A stretch of 64,000 bases of DNA from an uncultured Paenibacillaceae bacterium (GCA_963793665.1 CAWCBD010000013.1:97670-161669), one strand, 5' to 3'. Numbered from the stretch's first letter, positions 1 through 11,065 are shown. Notes: generated by a model from the letters alone, not told the origin. A program made the numbers and translations.

Positions 1-396
1 AATCATAGCTGGCATGAATAACTGCGTGCAAAGGAACATGCCCTTTAAATTAATGGACATCACATCATCCCAGTCTTCTTCCGTTACGTCCGCAAGCATG
101 CTGTAATGCGCAATTCCAGCATTATTCACAAGAATATCCGGAAGCATGTTGTGTGCTTCCAGCTTCTCGCGCATCCGTAGCAGCTGATCCCTCGAGCGTA
201 TATCCGCCGTAACGGTAAGTACGTTTGCTGCGCCAAGCCGCATACAAGCGCGAGCAGTTTCATTAGCAGCCTCATGCGCATTATTGTAATGAATGACGAC
301 ATTCATACTTTCCGCGGCGAAGCGGCGAGCAATCGCCGCGCCTATTCCCCGGCTTCCCCCAGTAACGAGTACCGTCATTTCTTTCAAGGTTTTCAC
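1..396 (-). CDS. ymfI: Short-chain dehydrogenase/reductase, YmfI/FabG-like (EF-P 5-aminopentanone reductase candidate); 3' end runs off the window
   Basis: Hand translation from GTG at 396: VKTLKEMTVLVTGGSRGIGAAIARRFA...DILVNNAGIA (TGxxxGIG and NNAG SDR motifs); start overlaps the ymfH stop; ymfF-ymfH-ymfI synteny. Not in the ORF track because it is truncated. Confidence 0.8.
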   Translation of the reverse strand, partial: MKTLKEMTVLVTGGSRGIGAAIARRFAAESMNVVIHYNNAHEAANETARACMRLGAANVLTVTADIRSRDQLLRMREKLEAHNMLPDILVNNAGIAHYSMLADVTEEDWDDVMSINLKGMFLCTQLFMPAMI

Positions 397-1677
397 TCGC
401 TATCCTTGGCCACGATAGAAACGGCCATCCGTTCCCAATCAAAATGTTCACGCAGCCTCGCATTAGCTTCTTCGAAGGTAATGCTCTCATAAACCGGCAG
501 CAGCTTGAATAGATCAGCGCCGCGGAAGCGATAGCGCGTAAATTCACCGGCAATAGCTTCGGGGGAATTAAGCATGCGAAGATAGCCGCCGATTTTTTTG
601 CGTTTGGTCCGTTCGAACGCTTCTTTCGTTAAGCCAATCACTTTCGTATTTTCAATCGCCTCACGAAGTCTTCGCAGCAGTTCATCGGGATCCTTCGTTT
701 CTCCCCCAAGCACGGAGAACGCATAATCTTCACTGCTGTTATATTCATGACCGAACGAATCCGATATCACATTATCATCATACAGAGCATTATAGATCGG
801 CGAGCTTGAACCAAGCAGAGAATCCAGCATCAGCTTCGTCGTCAGCTCCGTGCGAAGCAGCGCTCCGGCTCAAGCGGCTGCCTGGTTTCTTTAAAACCAA
901 TCATACATTTAGGAAGTGAAACAGGCAGTACAGCCGTTTTACGCGGGGTCTTGACGGAAGCCGGCTCAGGATCGAAATACCTGTTAATAGGGCCCTGCCG
1001 CTCATAAGATTTCTTTGCCTGATTGTTGCGTACAAGCTCCATAACTTCATCCGGCTTCTACTCCGCCAACGATAAACAGAAACATATTCGAAGGATGATA
1101 AAACGTTTCATAGCAGCTATACAACGTTTCTTTAGTGATTTTGCCGATCGACTCCGCTGTGCCGGCAATATCAATATGAACCGGATGCTCATGATACAAC
1201 GCATCGATCAGCCCGAAATAGACTCGCCAATCCGCATTGTCTCTGTACATGTTGATTTCCTGCTCAATAATCCCTTTTTCTTTCTCCACATTTTCATCCG
1301 TAAAATAAGGATTTTGCACAAAATCAATCAGCGTTTCCAAATTGTCTTCAATTTGCTCTGTCGCCGAAAACAGATAGACGGTTCGTTCAAAGCTTGTATA
1401 GGCATTCGCTGAAGCGCCTTGTGAAGCAAAGGTTGCAAAAACATCGCCGTTCGGTTCTTCAAACATTTTATGCTCCAGAAAATGAGCAATTCCATCCGGC
1501 ACCGAGATTGGGGCTGATCGCCGACTGCAAAATGGTTATCAATGGAGCCATATCTAGTGGAAAAGGTCGCATAAGTTTTCTAAAGCCCGGTTTCGGAAGC
1601 ACAACAACTTCAAGGCCATTCGGCAGCATTTCCCGATACAATGTTTCTTGTACGCCTGGGTAAGATAACGTTTCCAT
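393..1677 (-). CDS. ymfH: M16 family zinc peptidase YmfH-like; split by several indels
   Basis: Fragments 1468..1782 (METLSYPG...LPNGLEVVVLPKPGF), 1047..1502 (PDGIAHFLEHKMFE, HxxEH motif) and 393..830 join into one ~428 aa M16 protein. Confidence 0.85.
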
Positions 1678-1681
1678 AGGC

Positions 1682-2957
1682 TTAACCCTCCTTCCCATCG
1701 CGTAAAAAATAAATCGTATCCAGCTCGGTTTTGCGAGCACGGCGGCAATTTGCTCGGCTGTCACCGCTTGCACCTGTTCCATCAGCTGCTGAGCCGTTCG
1801 TCTCGGCCCGAAAGAACAGTATTAAAGTCAAAGGCAATCATCTCATTCGCGGAATCTTGAAGCTCCCGCAAGTGATTGGCGATCATCGCTTTGGTTTGGT
1901 TCATTTCCAAATCACTGTAAGACCTGATCGCATACTTTCCAGCTGCTGCTCAATAATTTCAGTTGCCCGTTCATAATTGGCGATCTCAATGCCCGATTGA
2001 ATCGTGCAAATTCCTTTATGGCCATCAAGACGCGGGAAGCATAATAGCCAGGCTTGCTTTTTCACGCACATTAAGAAACAGCTTAGAATGCGGATAGCCG
2101 CCCAAAATTCCGTTGTACATCAGTGCTGCAGGATAATCATCATCAGCATAAGAAGTATTCATACTCAGCCCCATGTTGAGTTTTCCTTGACTGACATCCA
2201 TCTTCTCAATAATGGTACGGACTTCTTTGACATTCTTGCTGACAGGATGGCAGCGTGTACGGGGATGGCTTACCGCCTTTCATCTTGAAAGCTTCGGTTA
2301 CTAGCTTCTTCACTTCCTCAAGTGTCGTATCACCGACAACATAAAGATCGAAGGAAGCATCAGCCAACCACTTATGATACGCTTCCGTCAATGATTGTGG
2401 CGTAATACCGTCAATATCTTCAAGCCGTCCTAGAGGATGCAAACGGTAGGGTTCATCCTTGCACATTTCTTCTAGACAGCGTTCGCCGGCATAGCGGATT
2501 TTATCATTAATGATGGATTCCAAGCGTTTACGCAGCGTGTCTTTCTCTGCATCCACATACTTGCTCCGCAAATGGTTATTCTCGGAAGCTGGATCGGTCA
2601 AGACTTCCCCAAGAAGCTTGAGCGAAGAGCATAGAAGCGGCTGATCGAGGAAACAAAACGATCGTTAATAACATCCATGCGGAACTGTACGATTTGAGCA
2701 TCGCCGCGCTTGTATACGTCAAACCCAAAGCCCGCGCCATACAAATCATCCAGCCGTTCGCGAAAAGCAATAGTCTCTGGTGTCGAGGCCGTTCCACGCC
2801 TTAGTACAAAAGGAATTAAGGCAACTGGAGTTACCGTCTCCTCCGTAAGTGGCAAACCAGCATATAAAGAAATTGAGAACGTCTTAAATCGCTGTGTAGG
2901 TAATACATGCAAACGAATGCGGTCTATCTGACCACGTTCAAATCGGGATTTGCTCAA
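1682..2957 (-). CDS. ymfF: M16 peptidase-like inactive subunit YmfF-like; split by several indels
   Basis: Fragments 2598..2957 (TQRFKT...LDDLYGAGF), 2206..2601 (INDKIRYA...DLYVVGD) and a C-terminus ending DTIYFLRDGKEG; lies upstream of ymfH. Confidence 0.8.
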
Positions 2958-2993
2958 GACTCGCGTCCCCTTCCGCTCGAGTTTATAAAGTCA

Positions 2994-3025
2994 ATCTATT
3001 CCATTTTCCTTGGATCTATTCCATT
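2994..3025. repeat. 12-bp direct repeat ATCTATTCCATT x2, 20-bp period, upstream of ymfF
   Basis: Exact copies at 2994-3005 and 3014-3025. Confidence 0.7.
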
Positions 3026-3037
3026 CTACCTGATCGG

Positions 3038-3080
3038 AAATGGAAGAAGCAACCCGCAGAGTATACGGGCTGCTTCTTGA
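3038..3080 (-). terminator. Probable intrinsic terminator after sleB
   Basis: Minus strand AAGAAGCAGCCCG-loop-CGGGTTGCTTCTT followed by CCATTT (weak U tract), directly after the sleB stop. Confidence 0.55.
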
Positions 3081-3085
3081 AGCGG

Positions 3086-3862
3086 CTACATACAAAAAAT
3101 ATGTTTTCCGATCGTTTTTACCTGCGGACGGGACCATATCCATTTGGAAGTTGCCGTATCCGGGTTGAAGTAGTAAATACAACCGCCGGTTGGGTCCCAG
3201 CCATTAATAGCCTCTTGTACCGCTTTCTTGGCATTGGCATTCGGTGTCAGCCAAATCTGCCCATCAGCTACAGCTGTAAATGCACCTGGCTGAAAAATAA
3301 CGCCAGAAACGGTATTCGGGAAGCTTGGCGATTTGAGACGATTAAGAATTACGGCAGCAACAGCAACCTGTCCAACGTAAGGCTCACCTCGAGACTCGCC
3401 ATATACCGCATTCGCCATTAGCTTAAGCTCGTTAGCAGATAATCCAAGCTTAGATGATTTGGCGAGATCGGTGTTATTTGCAGAACCGGCTCGCTTGCTT
3501 GGTACTGACACCGGCTGACGGAGAATCCGCTGCAGTAGGTCTCCAGTTTTTCGTTGCCTTCCACAGCTTTAGCTTCGTCTTTGATCCTACGACACCATCG
3601 GATTTCATCCCAAACTTCCATTGAAACCAAGTGACCGCTTTCTTTGTTGATGTACCAAACTGCCCATCTACTTTTCCGTTGAAGAAGCCAAGATTCTTCA
3701 AGCGACCCTGCAGCTCATACACATCTTTCCCTGAGGATCCGACCTTTAACGTTGCGCTGCTAAAGGTTTCAGCCGTTTACCGCCGCCACCATGCATGAGT
3801 GTAAACGCACCGAACAACAGAAGGACGATAACTATTGTCATCGCAATTAATCGATTTTTCAT
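3086..3862 (-). CDS. sleB: Spore cortex-lytic enzyme SleB (signal peptide, PG-binding domain, Hydrolase_2 domain); split by indels
   Basis: ATG at 3862 gives a hydrophobic signal (MKNRLIAMTIVIVLLLFGAF); 3474..3722 is a PG_binding_1 domain (ELQGRL...DGQFG...DGVVG); 3086..3511 has AVYGESRGEPYVGQVAVAAVILNR...YYFNP...IGKHIFC. Confidence 0.88.
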
Positions 3863-3919
3863 TTTCGGAATCTGCCTTTCTTCTGCAAGTGAGCTTGCAA
3901 AGTAAGCGAAGCATGACTC

Positions 3920-3949
3920 TAGTATGAGAAATCGATCTGGCTTCTATGC
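3920..3949 (-). promoter_or_regulatory. SigG-type promoter of sleB
   Basis: Minus strand GCATA-N18-CATACTA, matching the B. subtilis SigG consensus; sleB is a SigG gene in Bacillus. Confidence 0.7.
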
Positions 3950-3967
3950 ACGATTTTACCTTATGAG

Positions 3968-6641
3968 CTAATCTTTCCTGCATTCATATTGATCCATCGT
4001 CAAAAGCACTTCCCGTGGTTTACTGCCTTCATATGGTCCGACAATGCTCCTGGCTTCCATCTGGTCAATAAGACGGGCAGCCCGTGTGTAGCCGATTCTC
4101 ATCCTGCGCTGCAGCAAAGAGACGGAAGCTTGCTTAGCCTCAAGGACAATACGGATCGCTTGATCGTACAGTTCATCGAGCATTTCATTATTATCGGCAG
4201 CAGAATCATCGATCTCGGGTACAAGATCTTCTTTGTATTCCGCTTCCGCTTGTCCACGACAGTAACCGACAACCGCTTCTACCTCATGATCCGAGAGGAA
4301 CGCTCCTTGCACCCTGATAGGCTTTGACATACCAACGGGAAGGAACAGCATATCTCCCCGACCAAGCAGCTTCTCAGCACCGGCCATATCTAGAATCGTC
4401 CTGGAATCAACTTGCGATGATACGCCAAAAGCAATCCTTGAAGGGATATTTGCTTTAATCGTACCCGTAATGACATCCACAGAAGGCCGCTGAGTCGCGA
4501 TAATAAGATGAATACCCGCTGCACGGGCCATTTGAGCAAGCCGACAAATCGCATCCTCTACATCGTTGGCAGCAACCATCATCAAATCAGCGAGCTCATC
4601 CACAATAACGACGATGTAAGGAAGGACTGCAGACGGGTTATCAGCCATCAAATTGTTGTAGCCTTCAATATTTCGAGTGCCGGATTTAGAGAAGGCTTCA
4701 TACCTTTTCTCCATTTCCACAACGATCTTTTTAAGCGCTAGCGATGCCCGTCTTGGATCCGTTACTACCGGCGCTAATAAATGTGGTATACCATTGTACA
4801 CATTGAGCTCAACCATCTTAGGATCGATCATAAGGAATTTCACTTCATCGGGTCTTGCTTTATACAAAATGCTTGTAATAATACCGTTAATGCAAACTGA
4901 TTTACCAGATCCTGTCGCTCCAGCAACCAATAAGTGAGGCATCTTGGCCAAGTTGCCAACTATCGTTTGGCCCGATATATCGCGTCCGAAAGCAATCGAA
5001 AGGTTTGATGTCGAATTCAAAAAGGATGGCGTTTCCATAACTTCACGCATTGTAACGACCGAAACTTCCAAATTCGGTACTTCGATGCCGATCGCTGACT
5101 TCCCGGGTATCGGCGCTTCCATACGAATCCCCTTCGCTGCCAAAGCCAGGGCGATATCATCAGATAAGCCAACGATACGGCTTACCTTGACTCCTGTGGC
5201 CGGCTGAACCTCATAACGTGTAACTGCAGGCCCTCGAACCACATCAAGCACCTTAGCCCGTACCCCGAAGCTCTCCAGCGTAGCTTCCAGCTTCCGCCTG
5301 GATTCATTCGTATCGCTCAAATCGCCTTGCTTCCCATTTCCGCTCGGCTTCGCGAGCAAGGCAAAGGAAGGAATCTGGTAAGGCTTCTCAGCTGGAGGCC
5401 TTGGCACCGCTTGTGCAGAATCAGATGAATCACTGTCGCCCGATTCCATTGCTGGGCTTAATTGTGAAAGTGGAATGGATGGCGTCGGCAACGGAATGTC
5501 GTTTTCGTCGATGAATGGATCTGTTTCAGCCTCAACATCTGTCTGACCAACCACATTCGATGTATGGTTGAGTGTGGGACTATTTCTATGCAGTTCGGAA
5601 TGATCTGCAGACCCCTCATCAACCCAGGGAAGAGTCTCAGGAATATTGGATCGGTTAGGTTCAAAGATCGAATGTTCTGCCTCAACATGATCAGAATGCC
5701 ATTGTTCAGTCTCTTGTTCTTCGTCATCCCCCCATGGAGCACGGTTATGGACTTGTCCATTAACGGGTGAAGGCTGCCCATCTTCCATCTGCCATTCACT
5801 ATCATTTACTATTGGAGTTTCACCCTCTGGATCCGAAACATCATTAAACCATGAAAATATAGGCGACCTTCTTCTTCTCGGCGCCGCAGGAAGCTGTTCA
5901 AAATCCTCATCGTCATCATCCAAGATGTCAGCAGCGGGGGCACCGCCCCTTCTCCCGGTACTCGTATTGTGTAGATGTAGATGCAAGCGCAGCCGTGCGA
6001 GCAGGGGGAAAAAACTTCATTCGTATCAAGGATACGAAGCGACCTCCGCGGCGACGGATAGCTTTTGCCAGATCGACGTAGGATTTTCCAGTCATTAGCA
6101 TGATAGCTATCGCAAACATAACAATCATGATGAATTTCGCACCGAAATAACCAAACAACCAATAAAGAAGCGTATACTGAATGGCTCCTGCATATCCGCC
6201 GCTCACTGATTGTTTTGGCATCCCGGCTGCTAACGATGAAGGAGGTGCGTCAATGAGCGCCCCCCGAACATCACTGCCAAGCTCATGCATAATATAGCTA
6301 GCGGTTAAACCGCCCGTCGGTTCCGTCTTTTGATCCATAACCGCGATCGAGCTCATGAGCGTAAATCCCAGAACGAACAGGAGTACCCCTGTCTTGCGGC
6401 TCGACCAACCAGAAGGCCATGCCCGTTTTACCATAACGACAAGACCGATGTAGATCCCCACTAACGCCAAAACAAAATAAAACTTCCCAAGTAACAAACC
6501 GAATAGCTTTGACAATGAACGGCCAACTGTAGCTTCGCCAGATAATGCAATAACGGATACGGTTATGAGCAATATTCCATAGACTTCATATTTTAGACTC
6601 GCACCCAGCGAGGTCTTTTTTCTTTTTCTTTTCTTAGCCAA
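3968..6641 (-). CDS. spoIIIE: DNA translocase SpoIIIE/FtsK; one indel near 5990-6010
   Basis: 5928..6641 gives the N-terminal membrane domain; 3968..5986 gives an acidic linker, the motor ([33 protein letters not shown]) and the gamma domain ([21 protein letters not shown]). Confidence 0.95.
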
Positions 6642-6661
6642 TTTCAGTCACCTCTGCTGCC

Positions 6662-6670
6662 ATTATACCA
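6662..6670 (-). promoter_or_regulatory. Extended -10 SigA-type element upstream of spoIIIE
   Basis: Minus strand TGGTATAAT about 20 bp upstream of the TTG start; no convincing -35. Confidence 0.5.
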
Positions 6671-6773
6671 TACGAGCCAGTCCCTTGGTGCTACTATTAT
6701 CCAGCTATAGCACATTCCTGCTTCACAGAAATGCAGCCCGCACAAGGCTTTAGCAGAGGTTTGCTGAAAAAAG

Positions 6774-6995
6774 CTATGTTATTGAGCCGTAAGCAATTAC
6801 AGTACCAGGAGACAGTTCTGGACGCAGATATGCGTCGAGCGGACACTCCATCAGCCGTATGATTTTACCTATTCCCGGGGATAACGGTTCAACCTGCATG
6901 CGTACGCCGCCAATCGTAATATCGACAAACGGTCCTGGTTGTTCCTTAAAGCCATCAAATACAAGCTCTAGCGGCATAGAGGTATAAATGGTCAT
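6774..6995 (-). CDS. ylzJ: YlzJ-like small protein
   Basis: [13 protein letters not shown]...YLRPELSPG pattern; lies between tepA and spoIIIE and overlaps the tepA stop. Confidence 0.85.
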   Translation of the reverse strand: MTIYTSMPLELVFDGFKEQPGPFVDITIGGVRMQVEPLSPGIGKIIRLMECPLDAYLRPELSPGTVIAYGSIT

Positions 6996-7759
6996 TGCGG
7001 CAAACCTCCTAATACTTGCATGCCTTGCTTACGCTCATCGATAAATTGATTGAGCTGCCTTAACGCTTGTCCAATGCCTCCAACTTCGTCGATTAACCCA
7101 TATTTTACAGCATCGCCACCGATTACAGTCGTTCCGATATCCCGCGTCAGTTCACCAGTCTTAAACATTAGCTCCTTGAATTTCTCTTCCGTGACATTTG
7201 AATGCGAGGTTACAAATCGGACGACCCGTTCCTGCATTTTCTCTAAATATTCAAAGGTTTGAGGTACCCCAATTACAAGTCCGTTCAAGCGGATCGGATG
7301 TATGGTCATCGTTGCTGTAGCAGCTATAAAAGATTTTTTAGCAGCAACTGCTATCGGCACGCCTATTGAATGTCCTCCGCCAAGCACAAGTGTAACCGTT
7401 GGTTTAGTCAATGAAGAGATCATCTCCGCTATTGCCAGACCAGCCTCTACATCGCCTCCAACCGTATTGAGTACAATCATAATGCCTTCGATTTTGGAGT
7501 TCTGCTCAGCCGCCACAAGCTGTGGAATGAGATGCTCATACTTTGTTGTTTTATTTTGCGGCGGGAGCACCAAATGTCCCTCCACCTGTCCGATAATCGT
7601 CATACAATAAATATTTGATTCTGCTGCCGGTGTCATCGTCTGTCCAAGCTGCTGGATTGTATCAACGATCGGATTGCCTGACTTGCCCGCATTTGGATCA
7701 AACTGTGGCTGCTGCGGCTGTTCCATCCTGCCGAAATGCCCTTGTTCGTCTTCCCACAT
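6992..7759 (-). CDS. tepA: ClpP-like protein TepA
   Basis: [52 protein letters not shown]; ATG at 7759 follows a GGGAGG RBS. Confidence 0.92.
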   Translation of the reverse strand: MWEDEQGHFGRMEQPQQPQFDPNAGKSGNPIVDTIQQLGQTMTPAAESNIYCMTIIGQVEGHLVLPPQNKTTKYEHLIPQLVAAEQNSKIEGIMIVLNTVGGDVEAGLAIAEMISSLTKPTVTLVLGGGHSIGVPIAVAAKKSFIAATATMTIHPIRLNGLVIGVPQTFEYLEKMQERVVRFVTSHSNVTEEKFKELMFKTGELTRDIGTTVIGGDAVKYGLIDEVGGIGQALRQLNQFIDERKQGMQVLGGLPQ

Positions 7760-7797
7760 GGTAGTACCTCCCTGAAAGTTTTTTACGTAGCTCTGCA

Positions 7798-7826
7798 TAG
7801 TATGGAATGATGTAGTCGAATTATAC
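7798..7826 (-). promoter_or_regulatory. SigG-type promoter of tepA-ylzJ
   Basis: Minus strand GTATA-N17-CATACTA. Confidence 0.6.
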
Positions 7827-7848
7827 AATGATCAGCATATCGGAGCTG

Positions 7849-7905
7849 CAAAACAAAAAAACGATCCTTCTCTTGGGCATAATGAATGCCTGTTGAAAAG
7901 AATCG
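7849..7905 (-). terminator. Probable intrinsic terminator after rnj
   Basis: Imperfect long hairpin (CGATTCTTTTC..CAGGCAT/ATGCCCA..GAAGGATCG) followed by TTTTTTTGTTTT on the minus strand. Confidence 0.6.
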
Positions 7906-7927
7906 CTTCAAGTTGGTTCAGCTAATA

Positions 7928-9605
7928 TTATACTTCCATAATAATCGGTAAAATCATCGGACGACGACGGGTCTGCTCGTATAAGAAACGACCAAGCGCA
8001 TCCTTCACATTCGTTTTCAAAGAGGCCCATTCATTTACTTTATCATTCATTAGCTTCTGTAGAGTTGAAGTCACGATACGGTTTGCTTCTTCAAGCAAGC
8101 CTTCTGATTCGCGAACATAAACGAAACCGCGTGATATAATATCCGGGCCAGATAGGATTGCTCCATCCTGTTTGCTTAATGTAACAACGACTACAAGGAT
8201 ACCGTCTTGTGACAGCAATTTACGGTCACGCAGCACGATATTACCTACATCACCAACACCTAAGCCGTCAATAAGTATATTACCTGCTGGTACTTTGCTG
8301 CCTTTGCGTCCTGCTCCGCCTTGGAATTCGACGGTATCTCCATTATCAATAACGAAAATATTTTCTTTCTCTATGCCAACTGCCTCGCCGAGCAATGCAT
8401 GCTGACGCAGCATCCGGTATTCACCGTGGATAGGAATAAAATATTTCGGCTTAATCAAATTTAGCATGAGCTTCAGTTCTTCTTGACTGCCGTGACCGGA
8501 TACGTGAACGCCTGATACTGAGCCTGGTCCGTAAATGACGTTCGCGCCAAGACGGAATAACTCATCAACTGTACGGCCTACGTAACGCTCATTGCCGGGA
8601 ATCGGGGTTGCTGCAATAACGACGGTATCTCCAGGTAAAATATCGATTTTACGGTGTGTGGAACGCGCCATCCGTGTAAGAGCAGACATGGGCTCGCCTT
8701 GACTGCCTGTCGAAAGCACGACGACACGGTCTGCAGCCATTTTATTGATTTCTTCTGGTTCAATAAGCATACCTTCTGGGATATTCAAATAACCAAGATC
8801 CGAAGCAATAGAAACTACGTTCACCATACTGCGTCCAACTACTACGATTTTACGTTTTGTAGCCGCTGCAGCGTTAATAACTTGTTGAATACGGTGTACA
8901 TTCGAAGCAAAAGTAGCTACTACTACGCGTTGTGTTGCTTTACGGAAGATATCTTCAAACTCTACGCCGATATTGCTCTCTGACGGTGTAAAGCCTGCAC
9001 GCTCCGCATTTGTGCTGTCAGACAGCAAAGCAAGAACTCCACGTCTTCCAATATCCGCAATACGTTGTAAGATCCGCGTATTGGCTATTAACTGGCGTAT
9101 GGTCAAATTTAAAGTCACCTGTGTGAACAACTGTACCTTCAGGCGTGTCCAAGCATACGCCAACGGAATCGGGAATACTATGGTTTGTTTTGAAGAATGA
9201 AGCTTTAATCGTACCCAATTGTACTTCGGAGTCCGCATTAATGAGAATGCGTTTTGTGTCTCCGAGCAGACCTGCTTCCTTCAATTTACCCTCGATCAAT
9301 CCAAGCGTAAGCTTCGTGCCGTATACCGGTACGTTCAAGTTCTTCAATACATATGGCAATCCACCGATATGGTCTTCATGTCCATGAGTAATTAGAATAC
9401 CTCTTACTTTATCCCGGTTTTCTGTTAGATAGGTGATATCTGGTATAACGATATCGATACCTAGCATATCTTCCTCTGGGAATTTCAACCCTGCATCCAC
9501 GACAACGATATCGTTGGCATGCTGAACAACATACATATTTTTTCCAATTTCTCCGACGCCGCCCAATGCAAATATGAGCAACTTATCATTGTTCTTCTTA
9601 GACAA
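7928..9605 (-). CDS. rnj: Ribonuclease J; one indel near 9065
   Basis: ALGGVGEIGKNM, THGHEDHIGG, HSIPDS, HTGDFKFD, FASNVHRIQQ, TGSQGEP, HVSGH, PIHGEYRM, RRPMILPIIMEV; TTG start with GGAGG RBS. Confidence 0.95.
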
Positions 9606-9970
9606 GTTTATCTATACCTCCTATAATTTTACGGAACTAACTCATTCCGCAAGCGTGATATTCTTTATTCTCGAATGATTTACTTCTCTGGATACTTTTC
9701 TAAATGAGAATAGGTTATAAGAAGTAATGAAGTTATTTGTGCGAATCAAAACCTAGCAACTGGTTGTCCAATAACTGAAGGATCTCAGCCCTTGAAATCA
9801 GTTGACATACGTCATTTGTCTTAAGTAACCTCTTGCATGATGTTCCCAAATACGACAATGCTTCCTCCCACAGGAAACACCTCACTCGTACTTTTCAACT
9901 CGTGTTGTTGGACGCCGCTCCAAACCTTGATCCTTTTTATTATATTTGCCGCACACCGTCACTTGCTTAT

Positions 9971-10000
9971 ATTATACATGATTGAAAATACGAAAAACAA
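9971..10000 (-). promoter_or_regulatory. SigA-type promoter about 360 nt upstream of rnj
   Basis: Minus strand TTGTTT-N18-TATAAT just downstream of the dapA terminator. Confidence 0.55.
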
Positions 10001-10023
10001 GTAAAGGCTTAAATCCCCCTTAC

Positions 10024-10058
10024 AAAAAGAAAAAAACCGATGCAAGCGCATCGGTTTT
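10024..10058 (-). terminator. Intrinsic terminator after dapA
   Basis: AAAACCGATGC-AAGC-GCATCGGTTTT perfect stem with a long T tract on the minus strand. Confidence 0.88.
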
Positions 10059-10095
10059 AGACGAGTGCGTCAAAAAGAACGATGATTGGAAAAAG

Positions 10096-10959
10096 TTAGT
10101 TAAGCAAACCTTTAAGCACTTCCAATTCATCCTCAGTAGCCGTGACAAGAGGTAAACGCACTCCCCCTACCGGGATGCCGCGAAGTCCAAGTGAACCCTT
10201 GACCAGCACTGGATTAGGCAGCTCGAATAGTTCCTTGAATATCGGGTGCAGTTCTACATGAAGCTTAGCCGCTTCCGCTACATTCCCACTCAGGAAAGCT
10301 TCAATCATCTGCTTCATTTCACGGCCAACTACATGACTAGCCACACTGACAATACCATATCCGCCGATTGATAGAACGGGTAAAGCTACGCTATCATCAC
10401 CGCTATATAGACGGAACCCTTCTGGAGCACCAGCCACAATTTGAGCGACTTGATCCAAGGAAGCACATTCCTTTGTTGCCACAATGTTAGGTAATTGCGC
10501 CAGTCGAAGCGTCGTTTCTACGGACATGCTAGCTACAGTACGAGCCGGAACATTATATAACATGACTGGAAGTTTAGTCGACTCTGCAATTGCTTTAAAA
10601 TGTTGATACATGCCTTCTTGCGTTGGCTTATTGTAATAAGGAACAACGAGTAAGATGGCATCGACACCACACTCTTCAGCAATCTGAGTCAAGTGAATGG
10701 AATGAGCTGTATCATTGCTGCCCGTTCCGGCAATGATTTTACAGCGGCCGTTCGCATGTTTCAGCGAAAATGAAAATAATGCTTTTTTCTCCTCATCTGT
10801 TAACGTTGGGGATTCCCCAGTCGTTCCAGAAACAACAATGCTATCGTTAAGCTGATCAACAATCAAATAATCGATTAATCGACCTGTTGCATCCCAATCA
10901 ATTGCACCATTCTCATCAAAAGGTGTGACCATCGCGGAAATTAATCTTCCGAAATCCAT
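10096..10959 (-). CDS. dapA: 4-hydroxy-tetrahydrodipicolinate synthase
   Basis: AMVTPF, GTTGESPTL, PYYNKP, LYNVPART, ATKEC, YSGDD; ATG at 10959 after GGAGG. Confidence 0.96.
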   Translation of the reverse strand: MDFGRLISAMVTPFDENGAIDWDATGRLIDYLIVDQLNDSIVVSGTTGESPTLTDEEKKALFSFSLKHANGRCKIIAGTGSNDTAHSIHLTQIAEECGVDAILLVVPYYNKPTQEGMYQHFKAIAESTKLPVMLYNVPARTVASMSVETTLRLAQLPNIVATKECASLDQVAQIVAGAPEGFRLYSGDDSVALPVLSIGGYGIVSVASHVVGREMKQMIEAFLSGNVAEAAKLHVELHPIFKELFELPNPVLVKGSLGLRGIPVGGVRLPLVTATEDELEVLKGLLN

Positions 10960-10974
10960 TATGACTCCTCCTAA

Positions 10975-11056
10975 AAGTTTTCCGAAGGAAAACTTACTTC
11001 GGGAAGTATTCCGAAAATCTATGCTTAAGTATTCCGAAGGAAAGTCTACTTCGGAA
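10975..11056. repeat. REP-like cluster of short palindromic repeats between dapG and dapA
   Basis: TTCCGAAG-N9-CTTCGG(G/A)A at 10980-11004 and 11032-11056; AAGTATTCCGAA at 11004-11015 and 11027-11038; alternative stem AAGTTTTCC-GAA-GGAAAACTT at 10975-10995. Confidence 0.75.
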
Positions 11057-11065
11057 AGGCTATTC

